A DNA stretch of 64,000 nt from Alphaproteobacteria bacterium (GTDB taxonomy: Bacteria; Pseudomonadota; Alphaproteobacteria; Micropepsales; Micropepsaceae), in assembly GCA_021325375.1 (NCBI GenBank), contig JAJPHG010000033.1, forward strand, positions 230 to 64,229. Direction: 5' to 3'. Below, one piece after another: positions 25,880-34,955 of this stretch. The position numbers were made by a program, and so were the translations under genes. Position 1 is the first letter of the stretch; each line of letters opens with the position of its first letter. The notes beneath the pieces were generated by a model. It made no database searches, was not told where the DNA came from, and saw nothing but the letters and a program-made list of their open reading frames with translations.

Positions 25880-27472
25880 ATGGAATTCACGGTCCCTGCA
25901 ATGCACCCGGCCACGGACGGGGCATCCATGATCTTCGTGATCGCCGGCCTGGCCATCCTCGCTGGAGTCTTTCTCAGCGCGATAGCCGTTTACCTCTACG
26001 CGCGTCTGGCCGATGCGCGCCGAACCGCCCAACGCGATCGCGAGCGGGCAAAGCACCAGATCGATTTCCGTGACGCTCTTCTATGCGCCGACGGCGAGGC
26101 GGTCGTCGTCCTGGGCCAGGATTTCCAGACGAACCTCGCCGGCGAGAGCCCGAACGGCCTGCTCAAGATCGCCATAGACGGTCCCGATGGCCGCCGGGTC
26201 GCGACGGCGTTCGCCGCCCTCCTGCAGGAGGGCCGGGAATTCCGTCTCGTGGCCCGTTCCCAGGATCTTCAGGAGGCCATCGCGATCCGGGGCAAGACCG
26301 TTCGCGGCCGCCCCGTCGTCTTTGCCCGGAGCCAGGGGGCGGCAATCCCCGCGATCGACTTTCATACCGTGCTTGACGGCATTGCGGTGCCCGTCTGGGT
26401 TCGCGGTCCCGACACGGCGTTGCGTTGGAGCAATCGGGCCTTCTCCGACACCGCAAGCGCCACCGGCCTGCAGAGGGCGTTGATCTCGAACTCGGCGCTG
26501 CAGCGATCCGAGCTCGATATGGCGTCCGCCGCCATCGAGGGGGCGAATATCGACGCCGTGCGCTTCGCGCTGGTCGACGGCGAGCGCCGCGCATTCTCGA
26601 TGAAATACACGAGGCTTCCCGACGGAGCGGTCGCCGGGACGGCTGTCGACATCACCGAGAAGGCTCAGGCGGAAGGCAAGCTGCGTCTCCATCTGGAGGC
26701 GACCGCGGACATGCTCGATGGCTTGCCGATCGCCATCGCCGTCTTCGACGGGGAACAGCGGCTTCAAAGCTTCAATGCCGCCTATGCCAAAACGTGGTCG
26801 TTTGCGGAGGATTGGCTCGAGACGCATCCGACGCATGGCGATGTCCTGGACCGTTTGCGCGAGACACGGCAACTGCCCGAGCAGCACGACTACGCGCTCT
26901 GGAAGGCCGGACAGCTTGGGCTCTTCGAGGGTTGCGCGCGCAGGTGCGAGGATTACTGGCACCTTGCGGGCGGCCGCAGCTTCAGGGTCGTCACCAGCCC
27001 TCACCTCCAGGGCGGATTGGTCGTCACCGTCGAGGATGTGAGCGAAAGCCTGCGTCTCAAGGCCTCGCTCCAGCTGCTGACGCAGGTTCAGCGCGCGACC
27101 ATCGACGCGGTGGAGGACGGGTTGGCGATCTTCGGACCGGACGGACGCCTGATGTCGTTCAACCGCAGTTTCTCGAGCCTTTGGCACTTCGATCAGAACG
27201 AGCTGGCGGATCAGCCGCATTTCACGAAGGTCGCGCGCCTGGCCGAGTCGCGGATCGGGCATGACGGCATCTGGAGCATGGTTGCGGCCGGTATCGCATC
27301 GAACGAACCTCAGCGCTGCAACGAATGGGGCAAGACGACACGCGCGGACGGACGGGTAATGTCGCTTTCCATGACGCGCCTGCCCAATGGCGCGACGATG
27401 GCGATGTTCCACGATCTGACGGATATCGTCCGCTTTCAGGAACTGACGGGGACATCGCATGCGGCCGCTTGA
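25880..27472 (+). CDS. Membrane-anchored multi-PAS protein (DivL-like sensor region) without a kinase domain; start 25880 or 25928
   Basis: N-terminal TM; repeated PAS signatures (PVWVRG...WSN.AF; LPIAIAVFD...FNAAY; GLAIFGPDGRL..FN); stops right after the last PAS; no H-box or ATP lid. Confidence 0.8.
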   Translation: MEFTVPAMHPATDGASMIFVIAGLAILAGVFLSAIAVYLYARLADARRTAQRDRERAKHQIDFRDALLCADGEAVVVLGQDFQTNLAGESPNGLLKIAIDGPDGRRVATAFAALLQEGREFRLVARSQDLQEAIAIRGKTVRGRPVVFARSQGAAIPAIDFHTVLDGIAVPVWVRGPDTALRWSNRAFSDTASATGLQRALISNSALQRSELDMASAAIEGANIDAVRFALVDGERRAFSMKYTRLPDGAVAGTAVDITEKAQAEGKLRLHLEATADMLDGLPIAIAVFDGEQRLQSFNAAYAKTWSFAEDWLETHPTHGDVLDRLRETRQLPEQHDYALWKAGQLGLFEGCARRCEDYWHLAGGRSFRVVTSPHLQGGLVVTVEDVSESLRLKASLQLLTQVQRATIDAVEDGLAIFGPDGRLMSFNRSFSSLWHFDQNELADQPHFTKVARLAESRIGHDGIWSMVAAGIASNEPQRCNEWGKTTRADGRVMSLSMTRLPNGATMAMFHDLTDIVRFQELTGTSHAAA

Positions 27473-28010
27473 AAGACGCCGCGCCGATCCCAGGATATTG
27501 GTCGTCAACGGCCATCCCGATCCGCGGCCCGAGCGGTTCTGCGCGGCGTTGTGCGACGCCTATCTGCAGGGCGCCAGGGCAGCCGGCCGCAGCGTCGACG
27601 CGATCGCTTTGGGCCTGCTGCCGATCGACGACGAGCCGGGGCTGGAATCTCCCGAAAGGCTCGATGCGCTGAGAATGCTGCGCGCGTGCGACGCGCTTGT
27701 CGCCATCTACCCTCTATGGCTCGACAAACCCCCGCCGTTTCTCACCTGGTTCCTTGAGCTCGGCGCCTGCGAGGCGCGCGCAGCCGCGCAGCGCCCGGCG
27801 CATCTCGTCGTGACGATGGCCATGCCCGCGTTCATCCACCGCTCGCTCTGCCGCGCGCAGGACGCCGCCGATCCCCTCGCCGAGGGCGTCTCGCTTCCGG
27901 GCTGGCAGACAAGCGCGCTCGATTTCGTCGGCTGCGTGAACACGCTGTCGCAGGATCAGCGCGCAGAGTGGCTCAACCGGCTTCGGCAAGAAGGATGCAA
28001 AGGATTCTAA
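27459..28010 (+). CDS. Flavodoxin-fold NAD(P)H-dependent oxidoreductase, divergent
   Basis: ILVVNGHPDP..FCAAL...Y..GA, IYPLWL and VVTMAMPA motifs; overlaps the PAS gene stop. Confidence 0.7.
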   Translation: MRPLERRRADPRILVVNGHPDPRPERFCAALCDAYLQGARAAGRSVDAIALGLLPIDDEPGLESPERLDALRMLRACDALVAIYPLWLDKPPPFLTWFLELGACEARAAAQRPAHLVVTMAMPAFIHRSLCRAQDAADPLAEGVSLPGWQTSALDFVGCVNTLSQDQRAEWLNRLRQEGCKGF

Positions 28011-28687
28011 GCGAGGCTCGCCAGGTCGATCAGCCAGCAGGGGCCGAGCTGCGTGCCGCCGGCCGGCGGGTCCCGCGACAGGACTTGGCTGCGCCGGACG
28101 ATGTCTTGCGCGGCGTCGTCGAGCCGGCCGGTGAGGCGGTAGTCGACGATCCTGGCCGCGCCGCCGATCTTGCCGGGCTTCTCGTCCCGCGCCTTGACCG
28201 CGACCAGCAGCGTGGCCGCGTTCGCGATGTAGAGACCGGCCTGCTCGTAATGCGCCGCGCGGGCCGGATTGATCCTGTCCGGGATGCGCGCGACGTCAGC
28301 CAACTCGTAGGCGCGCCCCGTCCCGGGATTGATCAGCATGGGAAGCACGTCCACGCGCGCCGCGCCCGAGGCGAGATAGGAGCGAAGCCAGGCGGCGCCC
28401 GCGGCGTCGAAATCCTGCGCATAGATCTGTGGCTCCAGGGGCAGCACGGCGACGGTCTGCCATTGCGCGCGGCCTGTCGCCTCTTCCGCGGCGATCCTGT
28501 CGGCGCCGTCGGCGAGCGAGGTCAGGAGGGTCTTGGGCGCGGCCGCAAAGTCGCGGTCCAGCCGGTCGAAGATCTCCGCGAGCGCCGCGCGCACGGCCGC
28601 GTCCTTGCCCAAAAGGTCGCGCTTTCCCGTTATGCCGATCGTCGTCGGCGCGAGAACCGCTCCGGTTTCGGTATTTGTCGTGGGCAT
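28007..28687 (-). CDS. SLOG (Smf/DprA-LOG) superfamily protein
   Basis: IGITGKRDL, TSLADGADRIAA, YEQAGLYIANAATLLVAV and GGAARIVDY resemble SLOG motifs (GxTGHR, LAxGAD, GGT). Confidence 0.7.
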   Translation of the reverse strand: MPTTNTETGAVLAPTTIGITGKRDLLGKDAAVRAALAEIFDRLDRDFAAAPKTLLTSLADGADRIAAEEATGRAQWQTVAVLPLEPQIYAQDFDAAGAAWLRSYLASGAARVDVLPMLINPGTGRAYELADVARIPDRINPARAAHYEQAGLYIANAATLLVAVKARDEKPGKIGGAARIVDYRLTGRLDDAAQDIVRRSQVLSRDPPAGGTQLGPCWLIDLASLA

Positions 28688-28721
28688 GGAAATCCGCGAC
28701 CTCGGCTCGGCGCGCGCGCCG

Positions 28722-29807
28722 CTACATCACGAAATGCGCTTCATAGTTCGATTTCAGGAAATTCACCATTTCGTTGTAGCTCAGCGTCTCCAGCGACGCC
28801 ATCGCCTTGAACTTGTCGGATTGCGCGGCGCCTTCGTTGTAGCGGCGCTCGATCGACTTCAGCGCCGAACGGTAGGCGCGATAGCGCTCGATCTCGGGGC
28901 CGGGACGCAGTCCTTCCTCCAGCGTGCGCGCGGCCAGCGCGAGAATGGCCGCTGCGACGGCGGCGACGGACAGGTATTTCTCCGGCGCCGGCCAGTATCG
29001 GACGCTCACGAAAATGAGCACGTGAAGCAGCACCAGGCCGAACACGCAGGCCATCGCGATGCCGGTCAGCCAGGCGGCCTGAACGCGCGGAAACCGCGAA
29101 AAGGACCGGCGTCTTTTCATGAGCTTGTATTCGGCGAAACGGATCTGCCGTTCGATGCGCAGCATCTGATAGGCGTCGAAGAGCTGGGTCGCGGCCTCGC
29201 CGGGCGCAAGCGTGGGTTCGGAATAGGGAAACAGCCAGGCGTCGTGATTGTAGTCGGTCAGCAGCGTGTCGATGATCGGCAAGCGGCGTTCGACGACCCG
29301 TTTCTTGAACAAGGCGAGTTGGTTGGCGCGCTTGGCGTTGAACGCGTCCCATTGGCCGCTTTCCGCGGCTTCGACGATGTCGGGTGCGAACGCGATCAGG
29401 AACTGGAAATGGAATTGCCGCAGGCGTTCGGTCAGGAAGCGGTTGACCAGCCACTTTTCCTTCCGGTTCGCGAACAGCACGCCGAACGCGCCCAAGAGGA
29501 TGCCGCCGACGCTGAAGACGACCGATACGCCGCATATCACCCAAAGAACGAACCGGTCGTCGCCCCAAAAAGCCTCGCCCGCCGTCGCGACGAGGAAGGC
29601 GGCCGTCACACATCCCACCGCGGAGAAGCCGAACCACCTGCTCGCGGTCTTGGCGTCGTTCGCGTCCTTGTCGAACGGCGCGAACAGCGTGCGCAGCTCG
29701 TCGTGATCGAGCGCGGGATAGATCTTTCCGAAGCGCTCCCGCGCCGTCTTGCGGTCCTCTTCGGTGAAAAGGAATTCATCGTTGAATGGGTAGTCCGCGT
29801 CGTCCAA
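28722..29807 (-). CDS. Membrane protein with two SLATT/DUF4231-like 2-TM modules
   Basis: TTG start with GGAGG RBS; module 1 DKDANDAKTASRWF-TM-TM-KWLVNRFLTERLRQ; module 2 TM-TM-IERYRAYRSALKSIERRY...LE..S..EM..F. Confidence 0.7.
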   Translation of the reverse strand: MDDADYPFNDEFLFTEEDRKTARERFGKIYPALDHDELRTLFAPFDKDANDAKTASRWFGFSAVGCVTAAFLVATAGEAFWGDDRFVLWVICGVSVVFSVGGILLGAFGVLFANRKEKWLVNRFLTERLRQFHFQFLIAFAPDIVEAAESGQWDAFNAKRANQLALFKKRVVERRLPIIDTLLTDYNHDAWLFPYSEPTLAPGEAATQLFDAYQMLRIERQIRFAEYKLMKRRRSFSRFPRVQAAWLTGIAMACVFGLVLLHVLIFVSVRYWPAPEKYLSVAAVAAAILALAARTLEEGLRPGPEIERYRAYRSALKSIERRYNEGAAQSDKFKAMASLETLSYNEMVNFLKSNYEAHFVM

Positions 29808-29966
29808 TGCTTCCTCCGCCGATGGCCGGCTTGACCGCGCAGGTTGTGATGGCCGGGGATGGAACACAAGGCCGGGCCGCTTCCTTCTTGCGCGCGATGC
29901 AGCCGTTTTGCCGCTCCCCCAAACCATGCATTATCGCCCCGGCGAAACGGCGTTGGCAGGACGGTC

Positions 29967-31886
29967 ATGAAGGCAATCGCATGGACGGCGGGATTGATGT
30001 TCGTTGCGGGGGCGGCGGCTTCGCTGCCCATGCCCCTGGGCATGCCGGGCGCGACCCCGCTCCCTAAGGACGTGCGCTTCCCAGGCATGATCGCGCTCAA
30101 TGTGGATGTGCGCGACACGGCGCGCGGCATCTTCAACGTGACCGAGACGATCCCCGTGCCCCAGGCCGGGCCGATGGTGCTGCTCTATCCCGAATGGCTG
30201 CCCGGCAATCACGGGCCGACGGGTCCGATCGACAAGCTCGCGGGCCTCAAGATCACGGCGGGCGGAAAGCCGCTCGCCTGGCAGCGCGATCCGGTCGACG
30301 TCTACGCCTTCCATGTCGACGTGCCGAAAGGTGCCGTCGCGCTCTCCGTCGCGTTCAGCTTCCTGTCGCCGGTCGAGGCGAAGGAGGGGCGCATCGTGGC
30401 GACGCCCGAGATGCTGAACCTGGAATGGAACGCGGTGGCGCTCTATCCGGCCGGCTATTTCTCGCGTGACATCACCTTTGTGCCCGCGATGACGCTGCCG
30501 CAGGGGTGGAAGTTCGCCTGCGCGCTCGACGGCGCGCAAGTGGGCGCGCAGAACATTGTGCGTTTCGCGCCCGTGACGTTCAACACGCTGGTGGATTCGC
30601 CGGTGTTCGCGGGCAAGTACTACGCGCAGGCCGATCTCGCGCCGGGCTCGAAAGCGCCGGTGCGGCTCGACATCTTCGCCGACCAGCCCGACGAGCTCGC
30701 GATGACGCCCGAGCAGCTCGCGCTGCACCGCAACCTGGCGGCGCAGGCGGCCAAGCTCTTCGGCTCGCATCACTACGACCATTACGATTTCCTCTTCGCG
30801 CTGTCCGACCGCATGAGCGGTATCGGGCTCGAGCATCACCGCTCGAGCGAGGACGGCACGCATGGCGACTATTTCCGCGACTGGACGAACACCGCGCCGC
30901 TGCGCGGATTGCTGCCGCACGAATACACCCATTCCTGGAACGGCAAGTTCCGCAGGCCCGCCGATCTGTGGACGGCGAACTTCAACGTGCCGATGCGCGA
31001 CAGCCTTTTGTGGGTCTATGAGGGGCAGACGCAGTATTGGGGCAACGTGCTCGCTTCGCGCTCGGGGCTGTGGAGCAAGGCCCAGGCGCTCGACGCGCTG
31101 GCGATGGACGCCGCCACCTATTCGGAAAGCCGCGCCGGGCGTTCGTGGCGGCCGCTCGCCGACACGACGAACGATCCGATCACGACCATGCGCCGCCCGA
31201 TCCCGTGGCGCAGCTGGCAGCGCAGCGAGGACTATTACAGCGAAGGCGCGCTCATCTGGCTCGATGCCGACACGCTGATCCGCCAGATGTCGGGCGGCAA
31301 GAAGTCGCTCGACGATTTCGCGCGAACGTTCTTCGGCGTCGACGACGGCAGCTATGTGACCGAGACCTATACGTTCGACGATCTGGTGCGGGCGCTGAAC
31401 GCGGTGGTGCCCTATGACTGGGCCAATTTCCTGCGCACGCGCATCGACGCGGTGGCGCCGAACGCGCCGCTCGACGGGCTGGGCCGCGCCGGCTGGCGGC
31501 TCGCCTTCAGCGACAAGGAATCCGACTTCTACAAATCCAACGAGAAGAGCCGCAAGATCACCGATCTGACCTATTCGCTTGGGGTTTCGATCGACAAGGA
31601 CGGCGCGGTCGGCGATGTGCGCTGGGGCGGCCCCGCCTGGAAAGGCAACGTGACCGTCGGCGCCCATATCGAGGCGGTGAACGACGTCGCCTACGATCCC
31701 GACGTGCTGAAGGACGCGATCCGCGACGCCAAGACGAGCCGCAAGCCGATCGTCCTCCTGCTCAAGACGCAGAACCTGTTCCATGCGAACCGCATCGACT
31801 ACTTCGACGGGCTGCGCTATCCGCACCTCGAACGCGTCGCGGGAAAGGCGGATCTGCTCGATGGAATCCTGAGCGCGAGGAAGTAG
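29967..31886 (+). CDS. M61 family (glycyl) aminopeptidase with C-terminal PDZ-like domain, secreted
   Basis: Signal peptide; GLEHHRSS, LLPHEYTHSWNGK (HExxH), LWVYEGQTQY and DYYSEG motifs. Confidence 0.92.
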   Translation: MKAIAWTAGLMFVAGAAASLPMPLGMPGATPLPKDVRFPGMIALNVDVRDTARGIFNVTETIPVPQAGPMVLLYPEWLPGNHGPTGPIDKLAGLKITAGGKPLAWQRDPVDVYAFHVDVPKGAVALSVAFSFLSPVEAKEGRIVATPEMLNLEWNAVALYPAGYFSRDITFVPAMTLPQGWKFACALDGAQVGAQNIVRFAPVTFNTLVDSPVFAGKYYAQADLAPGSKAPVRLDIFADQPDELAMTPEQLALHRNLAAQAAKLFGSHHYDHYDFLFALSDRMSGIGLEHHRSSEDGTHGDYFRDWTNTAPLRGLLPHEYTHSWNGKFRRPADLWTANFNVPMRDSLLWVYEGQTQYWGNVLASRSGLWSKAQALDALAMDAATYSESRAGRSWRPLADTTNDPITTMRRPIPWRSWQRSEDYYSEGALIWLDADTLIRQMSGGKKSLDDFARTFFGVDDGSYVTETYTFDDLVRALNAVVPYDWANFLRTRIDAVAPNAPLDGLGRAGWRLAFSDKESDFYKSNEKSRKITDLTYSLGVSIDKDGAVGDVRWGGPAWKGNVTVGAHIEAVNDVAYDPDVLKDAIRDAKTSRKPIVLLLKTQNLFHANRIDYFDGLRYPHLERVAGKADLLDGILSARK

Positions 31887-31912
31887 GGCGAAGGCCGAAC
31901 GCTCTCCCAAAA

Positions 31913-32091
31913 TGTCATGGCCCGCGAATGCGGGCCACCCAGGTGACATCTGCTCGATCTCAAAAAGAATTGCACGCGGAGACGCGGAATCGCGGAGAAG
32001 AAAAGGACCTCCGCGACTCCGCGTCTCCGCGTGAATCATTTCAATGGTGTGCAGAACCCAACTGGGTGGCCCGCATTCGCGGGCCATGACA
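31913..32091. repeat. Composite nested inverted-repeat element (REP/MITE-like)
   Basis: Perfect 30-bp terminal IR TGTCATGGCCCGCGAATGCGGGCCACCCAG (31913-31942 / 32062-32091) enclosing a 25-bp IR with one mismatch (31973-31997 / 32009-32033). Confidence 0.85.
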
Positions 32092-32308
32092 GATGTGTGA
32101 TTGAACAAATGATCCGCGCCGAACATACGTTCCGTATACGGAAAATAATTTACTTCGCACCCCTTGAACTCTCGGTTGCAATCCCCATCTTCCGCCGGAA
32201 GTCTCTTCGGAACGCGTGAGTGCCGCGCGTCGATTTCGTCATCTCTTCTGTACAGAAGCGCGGCGGTGAAGAGCGAACGTTCAAGCAGTGGAGGGGGGTA
32301 TCCCCTCG

Positions 32309-32584
32309 ATGGTCGAGGTTCAATTGGGCAAGCGTACGGGAGGCAAGGTTGGTGCGCCGTTCGGCAACCGCAACCGGTTGCGGCACGGACGCTATACGCG
32401 CGCGCGAATTGCACGTCACGCAAGGGTGCGGGCGCGGCTGCGCGAGACGCGCAATCTCGTCTGCCGCCTGGATCTTGGGACCAATGCGCCGCGCCTTGGC
32501 GACGAAACGCGCTGCGAACGCGAATTCAATGATCAAGATATTGCGGTTTTGGCGCTATCAGACCATCCCCTTGTGGGGAGGTGA
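32309..32584 (+). CDS. Possible small basic protein with a GAPxGNxN..xHG motif
   Basis: GAPFGNRNRLRHGRYT resembles the GAPKGNxNAxKHG motif of HGGxSTG/terminase-small-type proteins; weak RBS. Confidence 0.4.
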   Translation: MVEVQLGKRTGGKVGAPFGNRNRLRHGRYTRARIARHARVRARLRETRNLVCRLDLGTNAPRLGDETRCEREFNDQDIAVLALSDHPLVGR

Positions 32585-32586
32585 AT

Positions 32587-33567
32587 TCACCCATACACCC
32601 GCGACTTTTGTTCCAGCGCCGCGCGGGCCGCCGCGTACTCTCGCGCGAGGCGGTCTACCAGTTCGCCGGCCGACACCACGGCATCCACCGCGCCAATGCC
32701 CTGGCCGCAGCCCCAGATGTCGCGCCAGGCCTTCGCCTTCTGGTTTCCGCCGGAGTTGAAGTTCATCGCCGACGGATCGGCGACGGGAAGGTTGTCGGGG
32801 TCGAGGCCCGCGAGCTTGACCGACGGGCGTAGATAGTTGCCGTGCACGCCGGTGAAGAGATTGGTGTAGACGATGTCCTCGCCGCCGCTGGCGACGATCA
32901 TGTCCTTGTAGGCCTCGGTCGCGTTCGCCTCCTGCGTGGCGATGAAGGCCGAGCCGATATAGGCAAGGTCCGCGCCCATCGCCTGCGCGCCCAGGATCGC
33001 GGCCCCCGACGCGATCGCGCCCGACAGCGCGATCGGCCCGTCGAACCAGCCGCGCAGCTCCTGGATCAGCGCGAAGGGCGAGAGCTGGCCGGCATGGCCG
33101 CCGGCGCCGGCCGCGACCGGGATCAGCCCGTCGGCGCCTTTCTCGATCGCCTTGCGCGCGAAGCGGTTGTTGATGACGTCGTGCAGCACGATGCCGCCAT
33201 AGGAATGCGCGGCCGCGTTCACGTCCTCGCGCGCGCCGAGCGAGGTGATGACGATGGGAGCCTTGTATTTCGTCGCGAGCTCGACGTCGCGCTCCAGCCG
33301 GTCGTTGGTCTTGTGCACGATCTGGTTGACGGCGAACGGCGCGGACGGCCGGTCGGGGTTCGCGCGGTCATGGGCGGCGAGCGTCTCAGTGACCTCGGCC
33401 AGCCACTCGTCGAGCAGCGAGACCGGGCGCGCGTTCAGCGCCGGGAACGAGCCGACCACGCCGGCCTTGCACTGCGCGATGACGAGCTTCGGGCACGAGA
33501 TGATGAAGAGCGGCGAGGCGATCACGGGCAGGCGCAGCCGCTCGCGCAGGATGGGAGGCAGGGACAC
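32587..33567 (-). CDS. Nitronate monooxygenase family (FMN) oxidoreductase
   Basis: PVIASPLFIIS, VAAGAGGHAG, LSGAIASG, GADLAYIGSAFIAT and DIWGCGQG motifs. Confidence 0.9.
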   Translation of the reverse strand: MSLPPILRERLRLPVIASPLFIISCPKLVIAQCKAGVVGSFPALNARPVSLLDEWLAEVTETLAAHDRANPDRPSAPFAVNQIVHKTNDRLERDVELATKYKAPIVITSLGAREDVNAAAHSYGGIVLHDVINNRFARKAIEKGADGLIPVAAGAGGHAGQLSPFALIQELRGWFDGPIALSGAIASGAAILGAQAMGADLAYIGSAFIATQEANATEAYKDMIVASGGEDIVYTNLFTGVHGNYLRPSVKLAGLDPDNLPVADPSAMNFNSGGNQKAKAWRDIWGCGQGIGAVDAVVSAGELVDRLAREYAAARAALEQKSRVYG

Positions 33568-33578
33568 GGAAGGAACTC

Positions 33579-34955
33579 CTATTGGGACGGCAGCGCGCGC
33601 TCGAGCGCGGCACCATCTTCATCTTTAAGCGCGGCTTCGCGCAACCGGCGCAAGGTTGACGCCGCGTCGGGTGTGCCTCGGACGCGGCGATACGCCTCCA
33701 TCACGGTCTCGAACTTGGCGAGACCGCGCGCATGCGTGTCGCCATAGCCTTTGATCAGGTTCTGCGCGCGTGCCAGTTCGATCGCCGCAGCCGGATCGGC
33801 TTCGCCTGCCACGGCCGCGAGCCAGACCTCGATGCGCGTGTTCTCGGTCCTGTAGCGCAACGTCTTGCGCCGCTTGCGGCGGCGTCGCGCCAGCATGCTG
33901 AGCATCAGGAACCAGCCGACATTCGTCGTGCGCACGCGCCGGCCCTTCGCGAAGAACGGCGCGAAGAGGCGTTTCAAGCTCCTGTTGCCGAGCAGCCAAG
34001 CGCCGAGCCCCGCGGGGAGCGTGTCGCAGACTTCCTCCCAGCGCGGATGCATGTACTCGCTGACATGGACGATCTGTCCGGGCAACGCCTTCACCTCTTC
34101 GCGCACCTCGTCCATGCGCGCGCGGCGGATCTTGAGCTGCGACACGCGCATAACGTCCTCGTAGGACATCCACAGCGCCAACGCGCGCGCCATCTCGGTT
34201 CTCACCTGCGGATCGGCGAAGGCCTTGAGCCGCTCCAGATAGAGCGCGGCGTAGTCGGCGTCCTGATACTCGGTGAGGCGGCGCACGCCTTCCTGCACCA
34301 CATCGATCGGCGCGGCCGGCGCCTTGTCCGCGTCGCGCCCCTCGAAGCCGGCCGCGAAGCCCGCGAGATTGGCATCGACGGCGATCCTACTGTCGCGGAT
34401 CGCCGTCTCGAAGGCGTCGCGCGGGAAGGGCAGCGTGCCGCTCGCGGCAAGCGCGCCCAGCATCACCGCGCTGATCGCGGCGCCGTTGCGTTCGCTCGCC
34501 GCGTCCATGTCGAACATGACGACGGCTTTCGCATTCTTCGCCGCCGCTTCCATCACTTTCGAGCCGTCGCCCGCGCCGCCGGACACGGCCGACTTCTCCG
34601 CGATGGCGTAGATGCGGTGCGTGGACGCGATGAGCGTCGTGCGATCGGGCGTGACGAAGCCGCGCAGGATCGCGCGGCCCGCTTCCATCAGCTCGGAGGC
34701 GATGACCACGTCGACGTCGCCCGGCGCGGGCATGAGCGCCAGCACCGGCTCGCCCTTGCGCAGCTCGCCTTCCGGGAAGAGCTCCAGATAGTAGACCGTC
34801 GAGCCGGTGCGCTGCGCCACGCCCTGGACAGAGGTCGCCTGGGCGTACCAGCCGTTCTGCTCCGCGACCGCGATCAGCCAGTCCGACAGCACGCCGCCGC
34901 CCTGGCCGCCCAGCGCCAGCACGGCGATGGTGATGCGCTTGCGCGTCTCAGCCAT
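33579..34955 (-). CDS. iorB: Indolepyruvate oxidoreductase beta-subunit family protein
   Basis: [41 protein letters not shown] and LWMSYED motifs; overlaps the iorA stop. Confidence 0.88.
   Translation of the reverse strand: MAETRKRITIAVLALGGQGGGVLSDWLIAVAEQNGWYAQATSVQGVAQRTGSTVYYLELFPEGELRKGEPVLALMPAPGDVDVVIASELMEAGRAILRGFVTPDRTTLIASTHRIYAIAEKSAVSGGAGDGSKVMEAAAKNAKAVVMFDMDAASERNGAAISAVMLGALAASGTLPFPRDAFETAIRDSRIAVDANLAGFAAGFEGRDADKAPAAPIDVVQEGVRRLTEYQDADYAALYLERLKAFADPQVRTEMARALALWMSYEDVMRVSQLKIRRARMDEVREEVKALPGQIVHVSEYMHPRWEEVCDTLPAGLGAWLLGNRSLKRLFAPFFAKGRRVRTTNVGWFLMLSMLARRRRKRRKTLRYRTENTRIEVWLAAVAGEADPAAAIELARAQNLIKGYGDTHARGLAKFETVMEAYRRVRGTPDAASTLRRLREAALKDEDGAALERALPSQ

Noticed and set aside
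25880-25893. ATGGAATTC at the PAS gene start matching the first 9 nt of the motif
   Set aside because: Lacks the YTTAY end and the 33-nt partner; coincides with a candidate start codon
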